A DNA stretch of 64,000 bases from an uncultured delta proteobacterium (GTDB lineage Bacteria; Desulfobacterota; Binatia; UBA9968), in the NCBI GenBank assembly GCA_963760795.1, contig CAVXEP010000034.1, positions 47,557 to 111,556 of the forward strand, read 5' to 3'. This document shows, piece after piece, positions 49,430 to 61,410 of this stretch. The translations under genes and the position numbers were made by a program. The notes under the pieces are model-generated. The model was given only the letters and a program-made list of their open reading frames with translations. It had not been told where the DNA came from and did no database searches. Numbering within the stretch: the stretch's first letter is position 1; every line of letters starts with the position of its first letter.

Positions 49430-49519
49430 GTTCAATGTTCAAAAGTTCAACGTCAGATCACGCAGATCGCAATCCCAGATCCGAAACCTTGAACCGTTGA
49501 ACCTTGAACTTTTGAACTG
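49430..49519. repeat. GTTCAA/TTGAAC inverted tandem repeat element
   Basis: (GTTCAA)x3 ... (TTGAAC)x4 between convergent genes. Confidence 0.7.
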
Positions 49520-49522
49520 TTC

Positions 49523-50776
49523 TTATTGTGGCTTCGGCCTGACCCACGGCTTTTCCAAGAGGTTGTAGAAAATCCCGGCGAGAAAAAACATCACCACCAG
49601 TCCCCAGAGCAATGGCTCGTAGGTCTGCCAGCGATCCCAGATGGCGCCGGCGACCACCGGTCCCATGACGCTGCCCCAGACGTAGAACACGCTCATGTAG
49701 CCGCGAATTTTGGCGAAATGTTTGCGACCGAAGATATCGCCGACCATCGCCCAAGCTACCGGGTACGTCGACTCCACGGTGGTGAACAGCAGGGTAAAGA
49801 GTAACAGCGGTGCCATCGACGAGCCGAAGATCGGCAGCAGGATGGAGCCGCCGGCGACGAAGAGTATCACCGAAATCATCCGCGGTTTGTTCATCGAGTC
49901 GGCGAGCCAGCCCAACAACACAGTCGACGTGAAGCCGAGAAAGGCAAACGCGCTCAAGAGAAATGTCGCTTGCTGCGGGCTCATGCCTTTCCAGATCATC
50001 ATCGGGATGAAGTGGGTGGAGATCGCATGATAGGAGGCGTTGCGCACGGCGGCGCCGAAGACCAAGGCCCAGAAGGCAAACGAGTGCATCGCTTGGCGCG
50101 GCGTGATCTCGACCTCGCTGGCGGCCTGCGCTGCGTTGGTGCGATCGTCAAACGCTTGTTGGCTTTCGCCGTCCGGTAGCAGTCCCATGCTCTCGGGCGA
50201 GCGCCGGATGGTGAGACAGAGCGGGATGCCAAAAACTAGAAACGACACTCCGGCGAAGGCCGCGCCCCAACGCCAACCCCAGCTGTGCACGATCATGCTC
50301 AGGATCGGCGCGATCAGCACGCCGCCGAGCCCGTAGGCGGCGCTGTTGATCGTCATGGCGCGGGCGCGCCAACGGATGAACCAAGTGTTGATCAGTGTCA
50401 TCGGCGCGTGCATGAAGCCGCCCGAATGGGTGAGGGAGATCAGCACGGTATAAACCAGGACGAAACTCCAGTAGCTCTCGACCTGCGAGAGCAGCAGATA
50501 GCCGATGCCCATGAGGGTTACCGTGGCGATCATCACCGGCCGCGGACCGTAGCGGTCGAGCAGATGGCCGACGATGGGGCCTTCGATGGCGCCTTCGGCG
50601 CGTGCCAATGAAAACGCGAAGGAAGTTGCCGTGCGGCTGAGATTCAATTCTTGGCTGAGCGGCAGAAAGAACACCGTGAAGCCGTAACTATGCAGTCCGG
50701 CGCCGAGCAACCGCACCGCGGCGGAAGCGCCGACCATATGCCAGCCATAAAAAAGGCCGGTAAACTTTTTGAACAT
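49523..50776 (-). CDS. MFS transporter
   Basis: FYGW, GHLLDRYGPR, PESMGLLPDG, FGRKHFAKIRG. Confidence 0.9.
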   Translation of the reverse strand: MFKKFTGLFYGWHMVGASAAVRLLGAGLHSYGFTVFFLPLSQELNLSRTATSFAFSLARAEGAIEGPIVGHLLDRYGPRPVMIATVTLMGIGYLLLSQVESYWSFVLVYTVLISLTHSGGFMHAPMTLINTWFIRWRARAMTINSAAYGLGGVLIAPILSMIVHSWGWRWGAAFAGVSFLVFGIPLCLTIRRSPESMGLLPDGESQQAFDDRTNAAQAASEVEITPRQAMHSFAFWALVFGAAVRNASYHAISTHFIPMMIWKGMSPQQATFLLSAFAFLGFTSTVLLGWLADSMNKPRMISVILFVAGGSILLPIFGSSMAPLLLFTLLFTTVESTYPVAWAMVGDIFGRKHFAKIRGYMSVFYVWGSVMGPVVAGAIWDRWQTYEPLLWGLVVMFFLAGIFYNLLEKPWVRPKPQ

Positions 50777-50883
50777 TCGATTTTATCGATGAAATGCGGT
50801 GGGTAAACAAACAAATGGATAATTGAGAACGGATATTCGGGGACTAAGATCTCAAATTGGATTCTGGAAATTATCCATTGATT

Positions 50884-51969
50884 TCATTCCGACTCGCCAC
50901 TCTCCGCGGCCTTGAGGCGGCGTTGGCGCACGGCGTCGGCGAAAGTATCGATCAAGGCGCGGCTGTCTTCCCAGCCGACGCAGGCGTCGGTGATGCTTTG
51001 GCCGTAGATCAGTGCTTTGCCGGGGATGAGATCTTGGCGGCCGGCTTTGAGGTGGCTTTCGATCATGACGCCGAAGATGCGCGCGTCACCGGCGGCGACT
51101 TGGCTGGCGACGTCTTGGCCGACGCCGACCTGCTTGGCCGGCTCCTTGCCGCTATTGCCGTGGCTACAGTCGATCATGATGCGCGCGGCGATGCCGGATT
51201 CGGCGAGACTTTTGCCGGCGGTATCGACATTGGCGGCGTCGTAGTTGGGCTGCTTACCGCCGCGCAGAATGATATGGCAGTCTTCATTGCCGAGGGTCGA
51301 GACGATGGCGGAGTGTCCGTCTTTGGTCACCGACAAGAAATGATGCGGTGCCTGGGCGGCACGGATGGCGTCCATGGCGATGCGCACGTTGCCGTCGGTG
51401 CCGTTCTTGAAGCCGACCGGACAAGACAGGCCGGAGGCGAGTTCGCGGTGCACCTGGCTTTCCGTGGTTCTCGCGCCGATGGCGCCCCACGAGACCAGGT
51501 CCGCGGTGTACTGCGGCGAAATCATGTCGAGGAATTCGCAGCCGGCGGGCATGCCGGAGTCGTTGAGCTCCCGCAACAGTTGCCGGCCGACGCGCAGTCC
51601 ATCGTTGATTTGAAAACTACCGTCTAGGTTGGGATCGTTGATCAAGCCTTTCCACCCCACAGTGGTACGCGGCTTTTCAAAGTAGACGCGCATGACGATC
51701 AGCAAATCGGCGGCGCAACGTTCCTTGACTTCCTTCAAGCGCGCGGCATATTCCTTCGCCGCTTTGACATCATGGATCGAGCAGGGGCCCATGATGATCA
51801 ACAGACGGTCGTCGGCGCCATGCAGAATGCGATGGATGTCGCGGCGGGCTTCGAACACCGTCTGCGCCGCTTTGTCGCCGATGGGAATGTCAGCCAGCAG
51901 GCGGCCTGGCGGTAGTAACTCTTTGATCTCTTTAATTCTTAGGTCGTCGGTTTGATATTTCATGGTCAT
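50884..51969 (-). CDS. aroG: 3-deoxy-7-phosphoheptulonate (DAHP) synthase, class I alpha
   Basis: GPCSIHD, RVYFEKPRTTVGWKGL, IGARTTESQVHRELASG, DCSHGNS, YGQSITDAC. Confidence 0.93.
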   Translation of the reverse strand: MTMKYQTDDLRIKEIKELLPPGRLLADIPIGDKAAQTVFEARRDIHRILHGADDRLLIIMGPCSIHDVKAAKEYAARLKEVKERCAADLLIVMRVYFEKPRTTVGWKGLINDPNLDGSFQINDGLRVGRQLLRELNDSGMPAGCEFLDMISPQYTADLVSWGAIGARTTESQVHRELASGLSCPVGFKNGTDGNVRIAMDAIRAAQAPHHFLSVTKDGHSAIVSTLGNEDCHIILRGGKQPNYDAANVDTAGKSLAESGIAARIMIDCSHGNSGKEPAKQVGVGQDVASQVAAGDARIFGVMIESHLKAGRQDLIPGKALIYGQSITDACVGWEDSRALIDTFADAVRQRRLKAAESGESE

Positions 51970-52069
51970 TCGCTCGCGATTGGATCGAAGTATTATAGAC
52001 AAAATTCCCCGGAAATCTATCGGAGGAATCGGCGGTGAGGGTTCGTTGGTGATCCGGTGACTCGAGCAA

Positions 52070-52161
52070 GAGAGATTTCTCGCTGCGCTCGAAATGACAG
52101 ACTAAGGCCGCTGTCATCCCGAATCCTTCGGCTAAGCTCAGGATAAACTCCGAGAGGGATC
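52070..52161. repeat. REP-like composite palindrome
   Basis: AGATTTCTCGCTGCGCTCGAAATGAC...GTCATCCCGAATCCTTCG...GAGGGATC. Confidence 0.65.
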
Positions 52162-52192
52162 GCGCCAAATCGAACCACTGCCCGGCGCCGGG

Positions 52193-53416
52193 TTACTTTT
52201 CGAGGGTTTCGCGCGCCATGACGGCGAGCAGGACGGCGGCCAGAATCAATAGCGGCGCATAGGCCAGAAAGGGCACGCCCGGATTGAACTTGTCGACCAG
52301 GAAACCGCCGATCAGCGGGGCGCTGACGCCGCCGATCTCGGCCAGAGTCCGTCGCAGCGCTTGTAAGCGGCCGCGGGCATGGACCGGCACGACGTCGAAG
52401 GTCGAAGTGGCTAGCGAACCGAGCGATAGCCCGTTGGCGATGCCGAGAAACGACAGCAGGACTGCGAGCTGGAAAAAAGTGTCGGCAAAGGGGATCAACA
52501 GAAACGCGATAGCGGGTATCCCCGTGCTCGGCACCGTGGCCCACTTGCGGCCGACTTTGTCGATGACGAAACCGGCGGGCAGGATCATCACGAAGACCGA
52601 TAAACCGGAGATGGTAAACAGCAGGCCGATTTCCTTGGGCGTTAAGTGAAGGATCTCGCTGGCGAACACCGGCACGATGCTTTGCGACGTCACCCGGTGG
52701 GCGAAACTGGTGAAAGTCGCGAGCACGAGCACGATGTAGGTGGCGCGCAGCTCGGGACGAATCTCGTAGAACAGATCTCTGATGCCGCGCAGCCGTTGGC
52801 CGAGAGCTTTGATACTCCAGCCCATGGTTGCCGGTTTCGCTGGGATCGGCGGGACGGGATGATGACTGGCTTCAAGCTGCCAACCGATCAGGGTCGATAA
52901 CCCGGCGCAGGCGGCGTAGGCGAGAAACACCGCGCGAAAACCGATCTGCTCGGTGAGCAAACCGCCGATCAGCGGGCCGAAGGCGAGGCCGAGATAATTG
53001 ATGCCGTGAAAGCCGCTCAAGACGCGGCCGCGCTGATCGGCGCGCACCAGATCGACGCCGGCGATCTCGCGGGCGATCACCCAAATACTGTCGGCGATGC
53101 CGATGAAGAATACCGGTACTAGAATTAACGTGAACCAGGGCATGAACGAAGCGAGGATCGCCGATAGGCAAGCGATCAGCGGTCCGGCGATCAACGCCGC
53201 GCGCGCGCCGAAGCGATCGAGGACAAAGCCGCTGATCGGCATGCCGGCGAATCGGCCGACGGAAAGCGCGGTGATCAACTGTGCCGCCGTGCCGGGTGTG
53301 ATGGCAAAATGTTTGGCCAATACCGGAATCGTCGGCACCACCATCGCCCACATGCCGGCCATCAGCGTGCTGGTGTAAAGCGTGATCAGGCTGCGAGTCG
53401 TCGATGTGAGCGGCAT
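52193..53416 (-). CDS. MFS transporter
   Basis: GFVLDRFGAR, RGRVLS, GPLIGG, IDKVGRK. Confidence 0.9.
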   Translation of the reverse strand: MPLTSTTRSLITLYTSTLMAGMWAMVVPTIPVLAKHFAITPGTAAQLITALSVGRFAGMPISGFVLDRFGARAALIAGPLIACLSAILASFMPWFTLILVPVFFIGIADSIWVIAREIAGVDLVRADQRGRVLSGFHGINYLGLAFGPLIGGLLTEQIGFRAVFLAYAACAGLSTLIGWQLEASHHPVPPIPAKPATMGWSIKALGQRLRGIRDLFYEIRPELRATYIVLVLATFTSFAHRVTSQSIVPVFASEILHLTPKEIGLLFTISGLSVFVMILPAGFVIDKVGRKWATVPSTGIPAIAFLLIPFADTFFQLAVLLSFLGIANGLSLGSLATSTFDVVPVHARGRLQALRRTLAEIGGVSAPLIGGFLVDKFNPGVPFLAYAPLLILAAVLLAVMARETLEK

Positions 53417-53479
53417 GGGTGTCGTGCGAGGGTGACTGCTTTATGCCAAATTGCGGTGCTTGGATAAACATCGATTTAC

Positions 53480-53555
53480 ACCACGAAGGCACGAAGAGCA
53501 CGAAGGTTTCGGATGAATTATATGCCGAACTTCGTGTCCTTCGTGCCTTCGTGGT
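53480..53555. repeat. Intergenic palindromic repeat, CACGAAG family (best-preserved copy)
   Basis: ACCACGAAGGCACGAAGAGCACGAAG...CTTCGTGTCCTTCGTGCCTTCGTGGT. Confidence 0.8.
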
Positions 53556-53601
53556 AAAACAATCCTGTGACTGTAATACAACTGTGACACCATCTCAATT
53601 T

Positions 53602-54868
53602 TCATCGCATGCGGCCGGTGGCACGGGACCAGGAATTGGACAGACTGGCGAAGAAAATCCCAGCGCCGGCGAAGACGCCGATCAGCGCCCAGAGCAGCGG
53701 CTGGTAGGTTTGCCAGCGATCGAACACGGCGCCGGCCATCACCGGTCCCAAGACGCCGCCCCAGGTGTAAAACAGTCCCATGTAGCCGCGAATCTTGGCG
53801 AAGTGTTTGCGGCCGAACAGATCGCCGGCGATCGCCCAGCCGACGGTGTACGTGGCTTCGACGGCGGAGAACAGCATGGTGAAAAGCGCCATGAGCCAGA
53901 ACGAGCTGGTGTAGATCGGCAACAGCATGGCGAGGGCGGCGCTGAATAATATCAGCGCGCATAGACCGCGGCTTATGCGCGCGGTCGGCGTACCAACCAA
54001 AACCCAAAGTCGCCGCCATGCCGAGAAAGGCAAACGCGCTCAGCAACCAAGCTGCCTGTTGCTGGCTCAGACCTTTCCAAATCATCATCGGAATGAAGTG
54101 TACCGACACGGCATGATAGGAAGCGTTGCGCACGCCGTTGGCAAGAACCGAGCCCCAGAAAGCGAAGGAGCGCAATGCTTGAGCGAGGGTGACTTCCGGC
54201 TCGGCGAGCGGCGCTTGGCTGGCGCGGTTGTCGCTTGTCACCGCGTCCGGCGGCGCGTCGCCGTCGGGCAACAAGCCCATGCTCTCCGGTGAGCGGCGTA
54301 TGGTCAGACATATCGGTATACCGACGACTAGAAAGGTCACGCCGGCCACCACCGCGCCCCAGCGCCAACCCCAGGCTTGAACGACCAGGCTTAAGAGCGG
54401 CGCGATCAGCACGCCGCCGAGGCCGAAGGCGGCGCTGTTCAATGTGATCGCGCGGGCGCGTTGGCGGATGAACCAGGTGTTGATCAACACCATCGGCGCA
54501 TGCATGAAGCCGCCGGCATGGACCAGTGAAATAATGCCGAGGTAGACGATTAAAAAACTCGCGTAGCTGTCGACCTGGGAGAGGATCAAGTAACCGACGC
54601 CCATGAGCAACGCGGCCGTTAGCATGATCGGCTTGGGACCGTAACGGTCGAGCAGATGACCGACGATGGGGCCTTCGATGGCGCCCTCGGCGCGGGCCAG
54701 GGAAAAAGCCAGAGACGTCGCGGTCCGATTGATGTTCAAGTCTTGGCTGAGCGGCAAAAAGAATACCGTGAAGCCGAAACTATGCAGCCCGGCGCCGAGC
54801 ACGCGCAGCGCCGAGGCGGCGCCGACCATGCGCCAGCCGTAGAAAAGCCCGGAGAGTTTAGCGAGCAA
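53602..54868 (-). CDS. MFS transporter, paralog of 49523-50776 (frameshift near 53960)
   Basis: Shares SLARAEGAIEGPIVGHLLDRYG and FGRKHFAKIRGYM. Confidence 0.87.
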
Positions 54869-55013
54869 GAAAATTGTCCTGTCTGACGAATTGGCAATTC
54901 ACGAATCTCTTCTGACTTAGCACGAGGTTGTCTGAAAAGGGAAGAACCGGACAAGGTTCAACGTTGGAAATCCGACTCTGGACCTTGAACTTTTGAACTT
55001 TGAACCCGCGGAA

Positions 55014-56407
<1,394 letters not shown>

Positions 56408-56630
56408 AGGGTCGAAGTATCGGATAACCGTTCGAGTTGTCAACCATGGAGTCGGCATGGAGTCGCATTGACAGCATCGAGCAGGGTACTGAGAAAAGCG
56501 AATTCTTGCATCGCGCCTTCGACCTCACTTTGGGTGGGCTAAACGCAGCATGACTGGAACCTTTGTAATCATTGTCAGGCATTAAACGCCGCTGGTTAAT
56601 TACCCGCAGCTCGCTGCGCCGTGTTTCCGT

Positions 56631-56709
56631 TGTAGGATGGGTGGAGCGTTAGCGATACCCATGATTCCCACGGTGGGCATCGGCGCATTGCGCCGCCACC
56701 CACCCGACA
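56631..56709. repeat. GTAG-type REP pair
   Basis: TGTAGGATGGGTGGAGCGTTAGCGATACCCAT...CCACCCACCCGACA. Confidence 0.6.
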
Positions 56710-56948
56710 ATCTCGTTCGAGGTACATTTTTTTCGATACCCCGGTGCTTGCGGCGGGCATATATGAAGGGCATCTCTGTTGTCCCTTGAGGTCGAATACT
56801 ATTCCGTCGAAACGCGGCCGATCTCTTTTTCATCCATCGGTCTTCTTTGTAGTTACCGATCAGGAACTCGGCTCGGCGGGCGCACCTACCCGCGTTGCAT
56901 CACATGCCCGACGCACAGTGCGTGCAAGTAGGCGCGGAGGATATGAAG

Positions 56949-57239
56949 TTAGCGCTTCTTCGGATTCTTCGGCTTCTTGTTCCGGGATTGGGCTATCGGC
57001 TGGCATTGTTGCTGGATCAAGGTCGCCAGGGTCTTACCGAGGGGAAATTTTTGTGTGACGGATTGGATCACATCTTGCAGCTGCTTTTCGCTACAAGTAA
57101 AGGCACGTTTGCCGTCGGCCACCGGAAGCGCGAGGTCGAGGGCGTCATAGCCGATCGAGTGCCTGGGGAGGCACTCTTTCAAAAGCCTGAATTCGTCAGT
57201 CGGCAAAATGAAAGAGAAGTCGCGAACGCGTTGAGTCAT
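56949..57239 (-). CDS. Small hypothetical protein with basic tail
   Basis: MTQRVRDFSFILPTDEF...KKPKNPKKR; no family recognised. Confidence 0.5.
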   Translation of the reverse strand: MTQRVRDFSFILPTDEFRLLKECLPRHSIGYDALDLALPVADGKRAFTCSEKQLQDVIQSVTQKFPLGKTLATLIQQQCQPIAQSRNKKPKNPKKR

Positions 57240-57425
57240 TACAGGGGCGAGTAGATACCAAATCAGGAGAATAGCAAGCCCCCGCGCTCCGTCTAGCGGC
57301 CGAGACATGAAAAGCGGTCGTTCTCTCCCAGACAATTACATGGCCAAATTGCGGGACTACCGTCTTAGCCCAGCGAGGAGGGACGGCGGCCTTGGATTAC
57401 TTCACCCCGTCATTCGCTGCCCCGA

Positions 57426-58043
57426 TCAGTTGCCGCCACTGTCACCGCCGCCGCGCCGCGCCGATTCGTCACGGCGTGCCCGGTCGATCTCCTCGTCGAA
57501 GTCTTTGCCGATGCGTTGGGCCGCTATAACGAGCTGGGTGTTGTCTGATTTGTTGGACAGGGCGCTTTCTATGTCTCGACGTATCGACCTGCCGCTATCC
57601 CAAGCCAGGCCATTTATGGGGTCCGCCGCGATATATTCGATGGTTTCGTGGATGCTCTTGAGGCCGCCTTCGATCTCTTTTCTGCCGCGATCGCCGTCGC
57701 CGGTGCGTAGTAACGTCAAGCCCAGATAGAGATGGGCTAGAGCATCGTCCGGGTGGATGCTCACGGCTTTTTCCAGGGTAGTCAGTGCTTCCTTGTCTCT
57801 GCCGGTCTCATAGTAGGCTCGGCCTAGATAGGTGAGGACACCTTCGCGTACCCTGGAGGGGATGCGGTACGTGGGGTCGAGGTCAGCGGCGCGCATGAGA
57901 TAACCCACCGCGTCGTTGGGGCGGCCGGTTTGCAGGGCGTTACGCCCGGACTGAACATCGCCGGCGACTTGCAAGCTGGCGCAGCTGGACAAATAAATTA
58001 GCGCGGATAAACAGCTCGGAACGAATAACGTACGAGTCTTCAT
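57426..58043 (-). CDS. Tetratricopeptide-repeat lipoprotein
   Basis: Lipobox LSSC; TPR-like YLGRAYYETG...AHLYLGL; AGGAGG RBS. Confidence 0.82.
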   Translation of the reverse strand: MKTRTLFVPSCLSALIYLSSCASLQVAGDVQSGRNALQTGRPNDAVGYLMRAADLDPTYRIPSRVREGVLTYLGRAYYETGRDKEALTTLEKAVSIHPDDALAHLYLGLTLLRTGDGDRGRKEIEGGLKSIHETIEYIAADPINGLAWDSGRSIRRDIESALSNKSDNTQLVIAAQRIGKDFDEEIDRARRDESARRGGGDSGGN

Positions 58044-58363
58044 GTGAGTTCCTCCTGGGTTCTTGGCGACCGCTGTCTGTACTCGTAGCCTGCAGGTTTG
58101 CCGCAGAAGATGCAGCGTTCGGCATTCTCGTTACGGACAGTAGTTCCCAGCAATAGCCGAAGCAACAGTACGCGCCGGATTCATGCTCATACTCGAGATG
58201 GACGCTTCGACGGTTATGTCAGTTGCCACCAATGCGCCGGCGCAGCGACCGATGAGTTATGCAGCTTAGGGTGGTTCGACAAATGCCGGATCATGGTCAT
58301 AAGAATGAACGTGATGACGCCCTCGCAGGGAAAATTGAAAAAGCCGGTCTAGCTTTTCAGCCC

Positions 58364-58462
58364 GGTTCAAATCGTTCAAGCCGTTCAATCGCTGCGCTCC
58401 GTTCAAATCGTATCTCGGATCGGACGTTTTGAACGACTGGAACCGTTTGAACGACTGGAACG
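58364..58462. repeat. GTTCAA/TTGAAC inverted tandem repeat overlapping the msrQ 3' end
   Basis: GTTCAAATCGTTCAAGCCGTTCAATCGC...TTGAACGACTGGAACCGTTTGAACGACTGGAAC. Confidence 0.75.
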
Positions 58463-59050
58463 CCAGGATTTTATAACCGGCGCCACCTTGAATGCCAGGC
58501 GAAAACCCAAGAGCAGCGTGAGCACCGCGCCATATTGCACGGGCCGGCGAATGTCGGCTTTGACCAGCCAGTAAAAGTGCAGCACGCCGAGAATCGCGAT
58601 GCCATAAACCAGATAGTGCAGTTGTTGCCAGCGCTTGCCGAGGCGGCGGATCATGGCGGCGCTGGATGTAACCGCCAGCGGGATCATTAAAACCAGAGCG
58701 CTGAAGCCGACGGTGATGTAGGGCCGCTTGAAAATGTCTTTGGCGATAGCAGCGAAATCGAAAAACAGATCGAGCACCATATAAGTCGAGAAATGCAGCG
58801 CGGCGTAGAAAAACGCGAACAGGCCGAGCATGCGGCGCAGTTTGATCAGTTCGTTCCACCCCGTGAGCCGGCGTAGCGGCGTGACGGTCAGACTGGTAAG
58901 CAAAATAATCAACGACCAGGAACCTGTGAAACGGGTGATATACTCGATCGGATTGGCGGTCAAGTTATCGCTGTAATACCCGTAGCCGAGCTGGCCGAGC
59001 GGGATCAGACAAGCGAGGAAAACGGCGGCTTTGAGAAATGAGAATTTCAT
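58403..59050 (-). CDS. msrQ: Methionine sulfoxide reductase heme-binding subunit
   Basis: ANPIE..TG.W, RRMLGLFAFFYAALH, KRPYITVG, WQQLHYLVY. Confidence 0.93.
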   Translation of the reverse strand: MKFSFLKAAVFLACLIPLGQLGYGYYSDNLTANPIEYITRFTGSWSLIILLTSLTVTPLRRLTGWNELIKLRRMLGLFAFFYAALHFSTYMVLDLFFDFAAIAKDIFKRPYITVGFSALVLMIPLAVTSSAAMIRRLGKRWQQLHYLVYGIAILGVLHFYWLVKADIRRPVQYGAVLTLLLGFRLAFKVAPVIKSWRSSRSNGSSRSKRPIRDTI

Positions 59051-59170
59051 TGCAAAATGAATAGTGCAAAATTCAAAAGGCAAAATTGAAGAAATCTGTT
59101 TTTAATCTTAGTTGTTGAATTGTTCGATTCGGTATTTCGCATTTTGCTTTTTGCAATTTGCCTTTTGCAT
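59051..59170. repeat. AT-rich GCAAAAT/ATTTTGC inverted tandem repeat between msrP and msrQ
   Basis: TGCAAAATGAATAGTGCAAAATTCAAAAGGCAAAATT...TTTTGCTTTTTGCAATTTGCCTTTTGCA. Confidence 0.6.
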
Positions 59171-60132
59171 TAATAGAATTTCTTCAGGTCCATTCCTTTA
59201 TATAAGCTTGCTACTTGATCGCCGTAACCGTTGAACATCAAGGTCTTGCGCCGGCGGAACTCGCCGATACGCCGTTCGGTCGCCTGGGTCCAGCGCGGAT
59301 GGTCGACTTCGGGATTCACATTCGAATAAAAGCCATACTCCTGCGGCTGCATCATGTTCCACGATGCTGCCGGCTGCTTTTCGACGAAGCGAACCTTGAC
59401 GATGGACTTGATGCTCTTGAAGCCGTACTTCCACGGCACGACGAGACGGATCGGCGCGCCGTTCTGTGCCGGCAAGACCTCACCGTAGAGACCCACCGAG
59501 AGGATCGCCAGCGGATGCATCGCTTCATCCATGCGCAACCCTTCGACATAGGGCCATTCCATGGTCGGCAGCCTTTGCCCAGGCAGCCGCTTGGGATCGT
59601 TGAGGGTGACGAATTGGATGAACTTGGCGTTGCTGGTTGGCTCGGCGAGTTTGACCAGGGCGCTTAATGGAAAACCGACCCATGGAATCACCATGGACCA
59701 AGCTTCAACACAGCGCAGGCGGTAAATCCGCTCTTCCAGCGGCGCCAGCTTGATCAGCTCCTCGATGTCGTAGGTCTTGGCCTTTTTGACTTCGCCTTCC
59801 ACGGCGACCGACCAAGGACGGGTAATCAGATACTTGGCATTCTCCGCCGGATCTTCTTTGTCGGGGCCGAGCTCGTAGAAATTATTATAGTTGGTGATCT
59901 CCTTCAGCGTGTTGAGCTTTTCGTTGGTGCTGAAATTACTTTTCTTGACGTTGGCGAGTTTCTCGGCGCCATAGGCGATGCCCGATTCTGTGCCAAGCTC
60001 CAAGCCGCCGAGTATAGCGCCGGTGCTGAGGGCCATGGCCGATGCCGAAAGTATGAACTGACGGCGGTTCAGGTAGTGCTCTTTGGGCGTGATCTCCGCA
60101 GCTTTGATATCGGCTGGCTTCTTGATGAGCAT
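59170..60132 (-). CDS. msrP: Methionine sulfoxide reductase molybdopterin catalytic subunit
   Basis: Tat NRRQFI; YNNFYE; [14 protein letters not shown]; [20 protein letters not shown]; VDHPRW. Confidence 0.95.
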   Translation of the reverse strand: MLIKKPADIKAAEITPKEHYLNRRQFILSASAMALSTGAILGGLELGTESGIAYGAEKLANVKKSNFSTNEKLNTLKEITNYNNFYELGPDKEDPAENAKYLITRPWSVAVEGEVKKAKTYDIEELIKLAPLEERIYRLRCVEAWSMVIPWVGFPLSALVKLAEPTSNAKFIQFVTLNDPKRLPGQRLPTMEWPYVEGLRMDEAMHPLAILSVGLYGEVLPAQNGAPIRLVVPWKYGFKSIKSIVKVRFVEKQPAASWNMMQPQEYGFYSNVNPEVDHPRWTQATERRIGEFRRRKTLMFNGYGDQVASLYKGMDLKKFY

Positions 60133-60161
60133 GGATTCTCCTCTGCGAACTTCGCGCGCCG

Positions 60162-60683
60162 CTATTCGGCGAGCAGTTGTTTGATCGTCGACTCGGTTTT
60201 GCCGTAGGCGCCTTCGCCTATATGGCTGTAGCGGATTGAGCCCTTTTTGTCGACCAGCACGATGGTCGGCCAAGCCCAGACGCCGTAACGTTTCCAAATA
60301 TCGAAGTTGTTGTCTTGCACCACCGGGAACTTGATGCCGAGTTTCGCTGTAGCATCTTTCACTTTATCGATTGGTTTCTCCCAAGGATACTCCGGCGAAT
60401 GGACACCGACGATGGTTAATCCGGCTTGCTCATGCTTATCATGCCAACCCCGCAACTGCGGGATGATGTTTTTGCAATTGCTGCAGCCATAGGTCCAGAA
60501 TTCCACAAGGACGACTCGGCCTTTAAGGCTCGCGATGGTCAGCGGTTTGCTGTTGATCCAATTGTCACCGGCGATATCCGGCGCCATCGTGCCGCTGGTG
60601 AGCGCCGCGCCGGCGCGCGGCCATGCCGCCCAAATCGCTAGCGCTAGAACCAAACCGGCTGAATACGCTGTCAGACGCACCAT
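60162..60683 (-). CDS. Exported redoxin (TlpA/DipZ-like thioredoxin)
   Basis: Signal peptide; [10 protein letters not shown]; GVHSPE; AWPT; HIGEGAY. Confidence 0.88.
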   Translation of the reverse strand: MVRLTAYSAGLVLALAIWAAWPRAGAALTSGTMAPDIAGDNWINSKPLTIASLKGRVVLVEFWTYGCSNCKNIIPQLRGWHDKHEQAGLTIVGVHSPEYPWEKPIDKVKDATAKLGIKFPVVQDNNFDIWKRYGVWAWPTIVLVDKKGSIRYSHIGEGAYGKTESTIKQLLAE

Positions 60684-60836
60684 GTATTTTTACCATTTCT
60701 CCTCGACCCCAGCGGCATGTCAGCGCACAAATTAGATGCCATCCGCACCGGAGTGGTTGCGAGGTCGTTCAAATTTGCTATTAAACGTCGCTTTGGCGGG
60801 CAAAGTTCCCCGGCGATGGCTGAAAAAAAGGTTTTC

Positions 60837-60874
60837 AAAAAACGCGGCCGGGGGCTCGTGAGAGCCCCGGCGCG
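60837..60874 (-). terminator. Intrinsic terminator after the small gene 60887-61099
   Basis: GC-rich hairpin CCGGGGCTC...GAGCCCCCGG followed by TTTTTT on the minus strand. Confidence 0.65.
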
Positions 60875-60886
60875 GCGGGTGGGCGG

Positions 60887-61099
60887 TTAGTGGAGGAGTT
60901 GGGAGAGGGGCGCTAAATTTTCCAATTCTTTATCTAGGTCAACCGGTTGGGCAGTTTTCTTGATCATTTCCATCAAAGCGAATCGAGCCAAGTTGTAAGC
61001 GTCTTTATCGTTGTCGGAGTATTCGAAAGCGACTTCGCTGGCAGCGGCGATCAAATCTCCCAAGTTGGTTTCGATCCTGCGGTTATTGGGTTTTTCCAT
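60887..61099 (-). CDS. Small hypothetical protein
   Basis: AAAGGA RBS, downstream terminator; IETNLGDLIAAASEVAFE. Confidence 0.7.
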   Translation of the reverse strand: MEKPNNRRIETNLGDLIAAASEVAFEYSDNDKDAYNLARFALMEMIKKTAQPVDLDKELENLAPLSQLLH

Positions 61100-61225
61100 G
61101 GTCTCGCGGGTCCTTTCTCCCCTTGCATGGTTAGACGATTACGAAGAAAAAAGGATGTAGTGCACACTCGACATCAATGACCTCCGAAAAAGTAGAAATC
61201 ACTCTTCTTCATGCGCATTGAAAGT

Positions 61226-61311
61226 CTGTCATTACGGTGAAAACCGGTATCCATCTTTGTTCACGGCTCGCCGATAAGAACCGTGGATTCCGAACTGCGC
61301 CGGAATGACGG
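61226..61311. repeat. REP-like composite palindrome, degenerate copy of 34172-34251
   Basis: GTCATTACGGTGAAAACCGGTATCC...GGATTCCGAACTGCGCCGGAATGAC. Confidence 0.7.
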
Positions 61312-61410
61312 AAGGGGAGTACAATGCGAGTCGACAATTTCAGCACCGCCTCGGCCCAGTGTTGACGGTTGTTCAGTTTGACCTAAAGAATGTTTCCCGC
61401 GGGCGTCCAC

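Noticed and set aside
50857-51627. Long antisense ORFs (also 11595-12692, 21696-22745, 55345-56271, 10415-11329)
   Set aside because: Shadow frames opposite well-supported genes, as expected in high-GC DNA.
56440-56600. Possible ncRNA/tRNA or T-box upstream of asnS
   Set aside because: No cloverleaf or T-box consensus visible; only a short CATGGAGTCG duplication.
60162-60683. Selenocysteine in the redoxin CxxC
   Set aside because: Both codons are TGC; there is no in-frame TGA.
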